Below are positions 31,092 through 41,551 of a stretch of 64,000 nucleotides of DNA, piece by piece (position 1 is the first letter of the stretch; each line of letters begins with the position of its first letter). The stretch spans positions 1,984,001-2,048,000 of the forward strand of contig CAKKNE010000004.1 in NCBI GenBank assembly GCA_918797485.1. The letters are read 5' to 3'. The notes beneath the pieces are model-generated. The model saw nothing but the letters and a program-made list of their open reading frames with translations. It was not told the origin of the DNA and searched no databases. This stretch comes from Pelagomonas calceolata. Lineage: Eukaryota. Made by a program: the position numbers and the translations under genes.

Positions 31092-32090
31092 CTACGCGGG
31101 CAGGGCCGCGAGCATCGCGTCCAGCGCCGCCGCGAGCACGTCCGGTGGTCCGGGCATGCAGTAATGTTGGCAGTCGCCGCCCGCCAGGCCCGCGCCGACC
31201 TTCGCGTCGCCCTGGTCTTCGAGTCCCGCCAGGTCGATGACGCCCCACAGGGCGTCGAGCGCCCGCGCGTCCCCCCGGAGGGCGCGCCACTCCTCGCTGG
31301 ACCGCGCCGGCGCGACCGACTTCACGCACCCCCCTCGATGGGACCGAAGGTACTTTGGCTCGAACCGGCCGTCGCCCGACCTCGAGGGAAACGCGTCCTG
31401 GGGCGTGACGACCCAGATCACGCGGACCGACCGGGCGAACAGGGGCCGCGCCGCCGCGAGCACGCGCTGCGCGTTCGCGAACGGAGAGCCCCCGTGGACG
31501 CCCGCCTCGACGACGACGACGTCCCGGTCCGGCTGCACGTCGTGGAAGAAGGCGACCGCGCCCCCGGGCGCGTCGGTGGAGACGGTGCGCAGCTCCGCGC
31601 CCGTCGCCAGCGTCACGGTGGCGCCGAAGAAGCCGGAGCCCGGGCCGCAGCGGACGCAGCGCGCGGCGCCGTGGCAGGGCCACTCGGCCGCGCCGCAGGG
31701 CGGCCAGTCGGCGGCCGCGTCGACGACGCGCCCCGCCGCGTGCAGGCCGCACGCCATCGCGATGAACACCTGCCGCAGCAGCGAGTCGCCCCAGAAGAAG
31801 ACGCGCGTGCCGTTGCCCCGCGGCCGCCAGGCGCCGCCCAGCGCGCACCCGGCGGGCGCGAAGCCCCGGCCCGCGGCGGCCGCCGCCCGCGCGGCCTGGC
31901 CCTGGTGGACGCAGCTGTACTTGGACCACTCGAGGGGGCACGACAGGTTCCGGTAGCTCGACTGCCGTTCCACGCGCGCGACCCAGGCGCCCCGCACGGG
32001 TGCGACGCGGGCCTCGCGGGTGGCGTAGCAGGGCGGCTCCGCGGCCACGAGCGCCAGCAGCGTGGCGCACCAGCGGAGGGCATGACGCAT
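31092..32090 (-). CDS. PC-esterase/TBL-like SGNH O-acyltransferase, secretory pathway
   Basis: FFWGDSLLRQVF (GDS) and DCQHYCMPG (DxxH) motifs; signal peptide. Confidence 0.8.
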   Translation of the reverse strand: MRHALRWCATLLALVAAEPPCYATREARVAPVRGAWVARVERQSSYRNLSCPLEWSKYSCVHQGQAARAAAAAGRGFAPAGCALGGAWRPRGNGTRVFFWGDSLLRQVFIAMACGLHAAGRVVDAAADWPPCGAAEWPCHGAARCVRCGPGSGFFGATVTLATGAELRTVSTDAPGGAVAFFHDVQPDRDVVVVEAGVHGGSPFANAQRVLAAARPLFARSVRVIWVVTPQDAFPSRSGDGRFEPKYLRSHRGGCVKSVAPARSSEEWRALRGDARALDALWGVIDLAGLEDQGDAKVGAGLAGGDCQHYCMPGPPDVLAAALDAMLAALPA

Positions 32091-32146
32091 GGGGCTGTGG
32101 GGCAGCGTTCAAGTGCAGTAGTAATGCGTGCCCTGAGGCCCGATAG

Positions 32147-32168
32147 CTAGCGTTTCGAGACACACTAG
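32147..32168 (-). promoter_or_regulatory. Paired-CTAG intergenic element
   Basis: Reverse complement reads gCTAGtgtgtctcgaaacgCTAGc. Confidence 0.65.
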
Positions 32169-32425
32169 CTCGAGTCCCGAAGCGGCCTTAGACTAGAGTT
32201 ACACGTCTCCGTGGCGGTGCGCGAGAAGTGGTAGGCAGCGAGTCTCATCCAGTAGACCTGCGGGCCAGAGCTCACAGCTCGCTCTCGACCACACAGATCT
32301 CACACAGTGCTAGCTCTCTGGAAGGTGTCGAGAGCGCGCGCGGGCGCGGACCGTAACGTTGCGCCTGTGTGGTGTACGACTGCCTCGCTGTTCCGCAGCG
32401 GTACAAGTAGACTCCGCGACGAACG

Positions 32426-32788
32426 ATGCCCTGGGAGGTCGGCATCGACCTGAGCGACGGCGACCGGTCGGTCCTCGCGGTCGCGGCACTGGCCCTCGGC
32501 GCGACGACCGTCGTCCTCCTCTTTTTGTGCTGCCGGCGGCTCTGCTGCTGCTGCGGGTCCCGGCGGTCCGCGAGCGGCGTCGGCTACGAGAGCGTGCCGC
32601 ACCAGCTCGACGGCGAGGAGCTCGATTTCAAGCGCGCCATGGAGGGCGACGGCGTCGAGGGCGGCGCCTTCACGGGGACGGAACTCGAGCAGATCGAGAT
32701 GATCGAGCAGTACCGGTCGAAGCTCGTCGAGGGCGCCGCCGAGGACTCCGCCGCCGAGCGGGGGAAGGACCTGTCCAAGGTCGCGTGA
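32426..32788 (+). CDS. Small single-pass membrane protein
   Basis: One TM segment followed by a Cys cluster; high GC3. Confidence 0.65.
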   Translation: MPWEVGIDLSDGDRSVLAVAALALGATTVVLLFLCCRRLCCCCGSRRSASGVGYESVPHQLDGEELDFKRAMEGDGVEGGAFTGTELEQIEMIEQYRSKLVEGAAEDSAAERGKDLSKVA

Positions 32789-32810
32789 CTAAGTATACAT
32801 AAATAACAAA

Positions 32811-34466
32811 CTACATGGCCTCGTCGTCGCCGAGCGGGTTCCGGACCTCGTCCTCGTCGGCCGTGCGGACTTGCCCGTAGGAGCGCGCGCGAAAGAGGTC
32901 CTCGATCTCCTCGAGGGACCGGCCGGCCGTCTCCGGCAGGGCCCCGTGCAGCCAGGCGGCGCCCGCGAGCGATATGCAACTCAAAAGCGCGAAGGTCGAC
33001 GCCTGGCCGAGCGCCTTGCACAGCGACAGGAACGTCGCCGCGACCTGTGTGGAAATCAAAATGTTACGGCGCGTTTGTGCTGGATCGCCGTGCCGTCCTC
33101 CACGCCATCGATGCGACGCCTGCTCGATGGCGTGGCGATGCCGGTTCCTAGCCGCTCGACCGAGCCAGGTCGGCCGCGTCTTCGCCAAGAAATGACTTAG
33201 TGAAGAATACACCCGACGCACTGGTTTGATTTCCACACAGGCCGCCACGACGTAGTTCGCGGCCCAGTTCGCCGTGCACGCGGACGCCTGGCCGAGGCCC
33301 CGCAGGCGCGTCGGGTAGATCTCCGCGTTGACGACCCACGGGCCGCTCGACAGCCCGAGGCCGAAGCCTACGAGGTAGGTGACGACGCCGAGGAGGCCGA
33401 CGTACTTGTACGTGTCTATACCTGCCCAAAAAGCCAGGGCGACGCACGCCATCGCCGCCGCCGCCGCCAGGGCCGACGGGATGAGGAGCCGGCGGCGCCC
33501 GCACCTCTCCCAGAGCGGCAGCGAGACGACGATGCCCAGCCCCTGCGCGAGCGCCAGCACGGCGGTCAGCGCGACCGAGTCCTTCTCCTCGAAGCCGCAC
33601 ATGATTAAAATGGCCGCACCGTAGTACATGATCGTGTTGACCCCCGAGAACTGCTGCAGCGCCATGAGGCCCAAGCCGAGGCCGAACGTCGCTCGTAGGT
33701 GCGGCGTCCGTCGCACTTCGCTGAGGCCCTGGGCGCAGTCGCCGACGTCCTCCGGCTCCATCGCCCGCAGCTGCTGCAGGTCCCGCTCGATAGTTTCGGA
33801 GGAGGCCGCGCGCCCGCGCAGCGTCTCCAGGACGCGCGCCGCGCCGTCCACGTCTCCGGTCTGCGCGAGCCAACGCGGCGACTCCGGGAGGTAGAAGAAG
33901 CCTACAAGTTGGAGAAACGCCGGGGCCGCGGCGACGCCCATGCTCACGCGCCACCTCGATGATGTTCCTAGATACGTCCCGCAGACAATATTGACGCCGC
34001 ACGCCGCCGCCTGGCCGAGCACGATGAACAAATTGTAGCACGACACGAGGCGCCCGCGGAGCTCGGCCGGCGACGCCTCGGCCACATACACCGGAATCGC
34101 CATCGACGACAGCCCAACTCCTAACCCCAGCACGACGCGGCCCGCCACCAATTCGCCGAAGCCGCGCGCGGCCGCGACCGTCAGCGACCCGACACAATAA
34201 AAACACGACGCAACCATGATCACGGGCTTCCGGCCGCGCGCCTGCAGCGGCGCGCCCGCGAGCGCGCTGCCGACGGCGGCGAAGAGCACGGTCACGCTGA
34301 CCACGACCTGGATCTTCGCGTCGCTCAGGCCTAGGTCGTTCTGGACGAAGACCTCGGCGCCGGAGACGACGCCCGTGTCGTAGCCAAACAAGAAACCGCC
34401 GAGCACGGCGAAGACCGTCAGCAGGACTAACGCGCCGCTCAGCGGCGGTCGTTCCTCGGCCTCCAT
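32811..34466 (-). CDS. MFS sugar porter (inositol transporter-like); intron 33045-33248
   Basis: GGFLFGYDTGVVSGA, PESPRWL, QQFSGVN, EIYP, PETAGRSLEEI. Confidence 0.92.
   Translation of the reverse strand: MEAEERPPLSGALVLLTVFAVLGGFLFGYDTGVVSGAEVFVQNDLGLSDAKIQVVVSVTVLFAAVGSALAGAPLQARGRKPVIMVASCFYCVGSLTVAAARGFGELVAGRVVLGLGVGLSSMAIPVYVAEASPAELRGRLVSCYNLFIVLGQAAACGVNIVCGTYLGTSSRWRVSMGVAAAPAFLQLVGFFYLPESPRWLAQTGDVDGAARVLETLRGRAASSETIERDLQQLRAMEPEDVGDCAQGLSEVRRTPHLRATFGLGLGLMALQQFSGVNTIMYYGAAILIMCGFEEKDSVALTAVLALAQGLGIVVSLPLWERCGRRRLLIPSALAAAAAMACVALAFWAGIDTYKYVGLLGVVTYLVGFGLGLSSGPWVVNAEIYPTRLRGLGQASACTANWAANYVVAACVEIKPVRRVYSSLSHFLAKTRPTWLGRAARNRHRHAIEQASHRWRGGRHGDPAQTRRNILISTQVAATFLSLCKALGQASTFALLSCISLAGAAWLHGALPETAGRSLEEIEDLFRARSYGQVRTADEDEVRNPLGDDEAM
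33045..33240. mobile_element. Introner-type non-autonomous DNA transposon
   Basis: 16-bp perfect TIR CTGTGTGGAAATCAAA; 8-bp TSD gccgcgac/gccgccac. Confidence 0.85.
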
Positions 34467-34652
34467 GAGTCGCGTGCGCTCGGTCGGCGCCAGGCTGCTT
34501 GTGGCTGCTTGTGGCCACAGCGGTGCTCGGTCGCGGCGGAGCTGGGTTCTCTGGCCGGGCAACGATTAATGCGAGACGCGAATGACACTTCCGACTTCTG
34601 ATGGCCCTTAATTGGAGGGCTTGGCCGCTTGCTAATTAGGCTTGCTGCTTTG

Positions 34653-34672
34653 CTAGTGTCTCAAGCCACTAG
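34653..34672 (+). promoter_or_regulatory. Paired-CTAG intergenic element
   Basis: ttgCTAGtgtctcaagccaCTAGc. Confidence 0.65.
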
Positions 34673-34937
34673 CTCAGGCTAAAAACGGATGTGCTTTGCG
34701 CATAATCTACGCCCTGCGAGACGCCTGGAGAGAATTCCTTCGGGGTCCAACAATTCGACAAAAAAGTATTTGCAGCACTGTCAGCCATATTAATTGGGTC
34801 TGGTCTTCGCCTGCTACACGTCGGCTGGAGACGAACACCGTCCGCGCGGACCGTCCATAGCCTGCACGCGAACGTGCAATTGCAGCTTCGCTCTAAAAAC
34901 CGCTCTCCACACAAGCTGGTGGACTGCCACAGCAAAC

Positions 34938-36485
34938 ATGACCGCCGCAAGGCTGATTTGCACGCTGCTCGTCAGTGCAGCGGCGCTGCAGCTCCCCTCT
35001 TTCACCACGAAAAAAGCAACAACGCTTCGCTCGTCCGTCGACGACGCCGCGTGGCCGCGCCCCAAAGCGCCGCCGCTATTACAAACCCTCGGCATCTCGC
35101 GGGACCGCGCGCTGAAATCGCTCGCGACGTTGGACAGGGGCGAGTTCCGTTGGGAATTCCTGACGCCCTGGGTGGATCGCGACCTCACGCGCACGGACAA
35201 AGTGATCGTCTGCAGCACATTCATCGGGCTGGCCATCGTCTCGCAAGAGCTGATCGAGCCGTCGACGGCGCTCGCCCAACATTTGAGTTACGTCGCCACC
35301 TTCTTCTCCTACGCGGCGGGCGATCAGGTTGTGTACAGGGCGATCGCCATCCTCGCGTCTCTCCTGGAGATCTTCGCCTACGGCGTGGAAGACGGCGCCT
35401 TTTTGCTGCGGGAGGACGCGATCCCCGAGGGGTACAACATCATTTTCATCATCGTCAATTCGTATTATGTGTTGCGGTGGGCGCTGAATCGGAGCGACAT
35501 GGTCGGTCTTGGGCTGCTGGACGCGACGGAGACCGAATTATATAAAAGATGCTTCGAGCCGCTCGGCGTCGGAGCGTATCAATATGTGAAGCTACTAAGG
35601 GACGCGGTCTGGTGCGCACCCACCGAAGAGACGCCATTAACCGTAGAAGGCGAGCCCGTCACGCAGTTGTTTGTCTCCGTGAGCGGCGACTTCGACGTCG
35701 TGTCCGGTGGCCGGCGGGTCGCCACCCTGCCCGAGTATCAAGTGATTGGGGAAGTAGCACTGCTGGAGAACCTCCAGTCTAAGGACGGCGCGTTCCACCA
35801 GGCCGCACGCGCGACCGTGCTGGCAGAGCCCGGTTCGAGATACGTGGCCTTTTCCCAGAAAGCGCTCTACGAGCTCCAGCTCGCCGACGAGGCCTTCGCC
35901 GCGGCGATGCGCCTCGCGATTGCTCGAACCTTGTCGCACAAGCTCGGCGCAGCTAGAGCGTCGACGGGCGCTTTACTGGCGCAGCGCAACAACGAAGAGG
36001 ATGCGAGTGCGGTGGTCGTGCGCAAAATCATGAAGCCGGACGACGAACGCCTCTTCCAATCGACGTTCGCGAAGCTCGGCGTCGGCAGCGACGCCTTCGC
36101 GGCGCTCTGCGAGGCGGCGGCGCCCGTGGCGACGGATGGCGATGCGCTCGCGAGGACGGTGATCCGCGAGGATAGCGACGCCGAGGACCTGGTCGTCCTC
36201 GAGTCCGGCGGCGCGGCGGCGTTCGTCGACGGCGTGAGGGTCCAGGCCTTCGAAGGCCCGGCGCTGCTCAACGCGGAGCAGGTCCTCGAGGGGGCCATCG
36301 TCGGCGGCTCGTCGCCGCCCCTCGCGCGCGCGACGGTGGTCCTGGACGAGGGCTCCGTAGCGCGGGCGTGGACGTTGCGGGATCTCCGGCGCCTCGTGCG
36401 ACGAGACGCCGCCGTCGCGCCGGCGCTCCGGGCGTGCTACGACTCGCTCCTCCGCGAGCGGGGCGTGGAATTTGACCTCTTGTAA
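34938..36485 (+). CDS. Popeye-like membrane protein with two cNMP-binding-like domains and a bipartite leader
   Basis: TM region (YRAIAIL...IFIIVNSY), ETELYKRCFEPLGV, LTVEGEP, VIGEV, ATV; the module is repeated at the C-terminus. Confidence 0.65.
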   Translation: MTAARLICTLLVSAAALQLPSFTTKKATTLRSSVDDAAWPRPKAPPLLQTLGISRDRALKSLATLDRGEFRWEFLTPWVDRDLTRTDKVIVCSTFIGLAIVSQELIEPSTALAQHLSYVATFFSYAAGDQVVYRAIAILASLLEIFAYGVEDGAFLLREDAIPEGYNIIFIIVNSYYVLRWALNRSDMVGLGLLDATETELYKRCFEPLGVGAYQYVKLLRDAVWCAPTEETPLTVEGEPVTQLFVSVSGDFDVVSGGRRVATLPEYQVIGEVALLENLQSKDGAFHQAARATVLAEPGSRYVAFSQKALYELQLADEAFAAAMRLAIARTLSHKLGAARASTGALLAQRNNEEDASAVVVRKIMKPDDERLFQSTFAKLGVGSDAFAALCEAAAPVATDGDALARTVIREDSDAEDLVVLESGGAAAFVDGVRVQAFEGPALLNAEQVLEGAIVGGSSPPLARATVVLDEGSVARAWTLRDLRRLVRRDAAVAPALRACYDSLLRERGVEFDLL

Positions 36486-36492
36486 ATTTGTA

Positions 36493-36543
36493 AATGAAGT
36501 ACACGACAGAATGAAGTACACGACAGAATGAAGTACACGACAG
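36493..36543. repeat. 17-bp tandem repeat x3 in convergent gap
   Basis: aatgaagtacacgacag x3. Confidence 0.9.
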
Positions 36544-36545
36544 TA

Positions 36546-38042
36546 TTAAGAAGACCCGGAGAGGGGCAGGAGCACGACGGCGTTCGGCGCCTTGGAGACC
36601 TTCTCCCAGCGCCCGAGCCGCGGCTCCTTGCCGACGGCCGCGGCGACGAACGCGCCGGACGCCGGACATGCCAAATCGTTGACGAAGCCGAGCTGCGGAA
36701 TGGCGCCCCGCGCGTCCAAACTCTGCGCCGCGTCGTCGCGCGCGCCGACGGTCCAGAGCCGCACGACGCCGTCGCAGGATCCAGACACAACCAAGTCCGA
36801 GCGCCGCGCGGAGCCAACAGAAGACACCCAGCGCGGGATCGGCCCCGGGACGTCCTCGCCGAGCTTCTGGACCGCCGCGCCACAACCGTGGGCCCGTTTG
36901 ATCGTCACGACGGGCTTCTTGCGCCGCGTCGACCACAGGCTCAACCCGCCGTCGTCGCCGCCGGACACGAACCGGTCCCTATCAATAACGCGGACGGCGT
37001 CGACGGAGCCGCCCAATCCAGAATCGTGCGGCGCCCGAAAGACCAAGTGCGTCTCGTCCCGGATCTTCCAGACGCGCGCGCACCGGTCGCGGCCGCCCGA
37101 TAACGGTCGTTCGTCGAAACCGCAATCTAACGAAGACACGGCGGCGCTGTGGCCGAACAACGTCTCGACATAGGAGCCAGCTTCCGCCTGCCAGTGCTTC
37201 ACGTTCCGGTCGGAGGAGGCCGAGAAGAGCTGCTGCTCCCTATCGTTATCCTCTTCGTCGTCGTCGTCCTCCTCTTGGAACCCGAGCGCGTCGCGAAACG
37301 CCAGCGCCAGCACGTCGCCGCCGTGGCCCTGCAGCGAGTGGACCAAGGTGCCCTGCCTCGTGTCCCAGACGTGGATGAGGCGGTCGCTGCCCCCCGACGC
37401 CAACAACCGTCCATCCGACGACGCCGCCACACATAGGACCTCCGCTTCTCTTGCCTGGCGCGCCGCGATATCATCACCTCCCGAAGATCGTTCGCCGCGT
37501 CTCCTCGACCGCGCCTCCTCGACGGCCGCGTTGGCCGGCTTCGGCCAGCGCGGCAGGAGCGTCCTTACTTTTTGGCCCGTCTCGGTGTCGTGCTGCAGCA
37601 GGCCATTGTCCTTGCTCCCCGAGAAGCACCAGTTCCGCGCCTCGCAGAGGCAGACCGACGTCACGGGGCCCCGGTGCCCCTTCAGCACTACAGCGCGCCG
37701 CGCGCAGGCCTCGCCGTCAAAGTCGTCGAGGTCGATCCGCGTGAAGGCCCGTTGCGACCGCGCCTCCCGCTGCTCGCGCAGCCTCTCATTTAAATCATCC
37801 TCATCCGAATCCGACGCCGCCGCGCGCTGCTCGGCCACGTAGGCCCGCGCGCGCCGCAGCCGCGCCTCCTCGACCGTCTCTTCCCTCTCGTCCGTCACGG
37901 GCGGCTGCTGGAGCTCGTCGTCCTCGGAAGCGCTCGAGATGGATTCGTCGTCTTCGAACGTCGCTTTAGCTGCGGCGGCCTCGCGCTGCGCCCGTTTGCT
38001 CGGTTGCTTCGGCTGGCGTTGCTGCGGTCTCTTCTTGGCCAT
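36546..38042 (-). CDS. RRP9: U3 snoRNP WD40 protein RRP9/U3-55K
   Basis: ETVEEARLRRARAY, YVETLFGH, GGRDR, VWKIRDETHLVFR, VGKEPRLGRW. Confidence 0.9.
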   Translation of the reverse strand: MAKKRPQQRQPKQPSKRAQREAAAAKATFEDDESISSASEDDELQQPPVTDEREETVEEARLRRARAYVAEQRAAASDSDEDDLNERLREQREARSQRAFTRIDLDDFDGEACARRAVVLKGHRGPVTSVCLCEARNWCFSGSKDNGLLQHDTETGQKVRTLLPRWPKPANAAVEEARSRRRGERSSGGDDIAARQAREAEVLCVAASSDGRLLASGGSDRLIHVWDTRQGTLVHSLQGHGGDVLALAFRDALGFQEEDDDDEEDNDREQQLFSASSDRNVKHWQAEAGSYVETLFGHSAAVSSLDCGFDERPLSGGRDRCARVWKIRDETHLVFRAPHDSGLGGSVDAVRVIDRDRFVSGGDDGGLSLWSTRRKKPVVTIKRAHGCGAAVQKLGEDVPGPIPRWVSSVGSARRSDLVVSGSCDGVVRLWTVGARDDAAQSLDARGAIPQLGFVNDLACPASGAFVAAAVGKEPRLGRWEKVSKAPNAVVLLPLSGSS

Positions 38043-38203
38043 TGTGCTGTCGCTGCCTTGCAGTGCTGCGCGCTGTTGCACTCTTCGTCAAGTCGCGTCG
38101 GCGTAGCGAGCTGCAGCGATGCCAAGTACTTTTAGCTCAGCACGCACGAGTTGGCTCGGTTGCGAGCGAGTGCATGGGGCTCACTTATCGCGGTGAAGTT
38201 TAG

Positions 38204-38223
38204 CTAGCATGTAAGACCACTAG
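38204..38223 (-). promoter_or_regulatory. Paired-CTAG element upstream of RRP9
   Basis: Reverse complement reads CTAGtggtcttacatgCTAGc. Confidence 0.6.
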
Positions 38224-38369
38224 AAATCTTTTCAGCGCGCAACTAGTCCTAGCACCGTCACGCCGTCGCGGCAACCGCCGGAACAGCTCTGCGGCAAGGC
38301 CGACGAGGACGCGCAAAGCTGCTTCATGGGAACTCGTGGTGTTACGGGGGGAGGGGAACCTACGAGCGC

Positions 38370-40103
38370 TCAGTCCGTCGACTCCTGGGAGGCCTCGTGC
38401 TTCAGGTGGACCAATGAAAGCGCCGCGCCGTCCGCCGCCGCGCGCGCCGTGTCGGCGCGCGACGCCTCGCCGCGCACGAACGCGTCGTAGGCCTGGAGCT
38501 GGAGGTCGTCCCACGTCGCCTTGAGCTTGAGCGCGTCGGCCCGCAGCCGCGCGTCCGCCGCGTCGAACTGCTCCGCGAGGTCTCGCACCAATTTTTCCGC
38601 GTTTTCCACGGACTCCTCGTCGGCCTGCAGCCGCGCCGAGCCCGTCGCGGCGACGGACGCCACGCGCAGACCCAACGACGCCACGATGGTAGCGCCCTTC
38701 TGCGCCATGGCGATGACCCTTTGCCGCTCAGGAACCTGGTCCGGCAATCTTTCGCGGACGTACTCGGCGCCCGTCGACGCGTAGGTCACGACCTTCTCCC
38801 GCAAACTCCCATACAACTGCAGGGCCTTCTGCTTGTAGTCCTCCTCCTGGACGACCTCGTCCTCGGGCGCGCCCTGGGCCAGGCGCACCTCCGCGGCGGC
38901 CTCGGCGAGCGTCGGCGCCGGCGGCGGTTCTGTAGAAGGTGGCGGCGCGGACGTGTCGATCTCGGCCGCTTTCGCAGCTAACGACTCGGCGCTTTCGGCG
39001 GTCGTCTCGGACACCGTGCCTAACCGATCTCTTGCGGTCCTAGAAGCCTTGTTGAGCTGTAAGGCGTTCCTCGCGCACACGTACTGCAATCTAACCCGAT
39101 CGCGGGATTCCACGGCCTCGGCTAAAGCCTTCGCCAGCCCGACCATCTCGCGCAGCGCGGCGAGCGACGTCGCCGGCCCGGAGACGCCGCTCGCCGGCTC
39201 CTCCGCCTTCGGCGTCACCTCACCCACCCTCGTCTCCTTGCCCTGCTTGAAGCGGGCAGCTAAAGCCGCTTTGGTTCTTCCAGCGGCCTCCTCGAACTGG
39301 CGCAGGGCGTCGGCTCCCCGCGTCGCTTCCCTTTCGGCGCGACCTATTTCATAAGCTTGGGCCCGCGCCCACGTGTAGAGCTCCCTCACATCGGCTTCTC
39401 GGCGTTTCGCCGTGGCTAGGGCCGCAGGGTCGTCCTCGATGAGTTCTTGGCCTACTGCGGTATCATTACCGACGACATCCAGCACGACGGCGCCCCATCT
39501 CACATGGAGCGGCGACTGCTCTCTCGCCGCAGCAAAGGCCGACCGGGCATCATTTAACTCGGTAGCGTCGGCGGCACACAGGCAAGCTAATTCAGGAGCC
39601 TTACCTAACTCGGGATGGGCCAGGCACTGCGCTAAGAATCTCTCGAGAGCGTCCGCGGCCGTCGGCGCGTTCGCGTAGACGTCCGACGCGATGGGCGGCA
39701 CGACGCATCCCGGGTACTCGTCCCGCAGACAGCCCCGTAGCCATTCAAAGTCCCTAGGTGTCCTCGATAGCGAGCTACCCGCAATGGTCAGGTCCACGGC
39801 GCAGCCCTCGAAGCGCGCTCTCGTTTTCAGCGAGAAGGTACCAGTCGTAGCGCCGTTCTCCACCGTCACGTCCAAGACGTCGACCTGGGCATAATCTCTA
39901 CCTAAAGCAGGAGCAGCAAACAACCCGCGGGCCCGCCCGGCGGCCGACGACAGCCGCGCCGTGAGAGCTTTGGCTCGCTCGAGGACCTCGGCGTTGTTCC
40001 TCAGGAAAGTGTTCAAACCTTCGCAGGGGTTCGCGCGCGGCGGCGCCTCGTCGTCGTCGCCCAGCTCCACCGTCGCGAGGTCGTCCTTCTTCTCGCTCGC
40101 CAT
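38370..40103 (-). CDS. PX-domain sorting nexin-like protein
   Basis: SRTPRDFEWLRGCLRDEYPGCVVPPI...LERFL...HPEL; helical BAR-like remainder. Confidence 0.75.
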   Translation of the reverse strand: MASEKKDDLATVELGDDDEAPPRANPCEGLNTFLRNNAEVLERAKALTARLSSAAGRARGLFAAPALGRDYAQVDVLDVTVENGATTGTFSLKTRARFEGCAVDLTIAGSSLSRTPRDFEWLRGCLRDEYPGCVVPPIASDVYANAPTAADALERFLAQCLAHPELGKAPELACLCAADATELNDARSAFAAAREQSPLHVRWGAVVLDVVGNDTAVGQELIEDDPAALATAKRREADVRELYTWARAQAYEIGRAEREATRGADALRQFEEAAGRTKAALAARFKQGKETRVGEVTPKAEEPASGVSGPATSLAALREMVGLAKALAEAVESRDRVRLQYVCARNALQLNKASRTARDRLGTVSETTAESAESLAAKAAEIDTSAPPPSTEPPPAPTLAEAAAEVRLAQGAPEDEVVQEEDYKQKALQLYGSLREKVVTYASTGAEYVRERLPDQVPERQRVIAMAQKGATIVASLGLRVASVAATGSARLQADEESVENAEKLVRDLAEQFDAADARLRADALKLKATWDDLQLQAYDAFVRGEASRADTARAAADGAALSLVHLKHEASQESTD

Positions 40104-40392
40104 CGTTATCGGCGGCTCCCGAGGCTGTTACACCACTGGTGCTCGGCCCTGCGCGGCGAGATGCGTTTCGCCGCTGGGCGCTGCTCCTGGCCTATTTGTT
40201 GGCTACCGGGCGAGCGTACCAGGGCGCACGAGGCCTCCGAGGCTTGCAATAATTGGCCCTGCCCCACCTTTATGCCAGCACGGCTTTGCGGCCTCCATGC
40301 CACCAAGGTACCGCCCCTGACGCCTCGCTCGGACGGTTCAAGGAGGCCAGTACGTCTCCTCTCCACATTTCCAACTGCTTTGCGTTTTTCAG

Positions 40393-40412
40393 CTAGCGTC
40401 GATGCCTACTAG
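40393..40412 (-). promoter_or_regulatory. Paired-CTAG intergenic element
   Basis: Reverse complement reads aCTAGtaggcatcgacgCTAGc. Confidence 0.55.
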
Positions 40413-40520
40413 TAATTTTATGCGGCCGCGCGGCTTCGTCGTCTGAGCCGACGTACGGCACCCTCGAGTCAAGACGTTTGTTTTCATCAGCAGCGATCAC
40501 TCAGTCTAGCGGAACCGAGT

Positions 40521-41323
<803 letters not shown>

Positions 41324-41551
41324 GAATTCTGTGTTACTCGTACTCATCCCGTCGCGGCTCCCCGCACGAGTGGCTCTGCGAGCTGCCGGGAGGCTGCCAA
41401 TCCACACCTGCGGACGCGGGGGCTGCCTACAATTATAACCCGCGGCGCCGCGTCGTCAGGCGTTTTAGTGGATTGGACGTGGGCTTGACGAGGCTAAAAG
41501 TTGCTTTGCAGTTCTTTGCTGCGCTTCTAAGGCTGCCATTTGCAGGAATCA

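Noticed and set aside
479..32090. Polysaccharide gene cluster (GT2, two GT8, PC-esterase)
   Set aside because: The genes are dispersed among unrelated housekeeping genes and belong to large families.
33045..33248. 68-aa loop insertion in the sugar transporter
   Set aside because: Better explained as an in-frame introner intron interrupting a TM helix.
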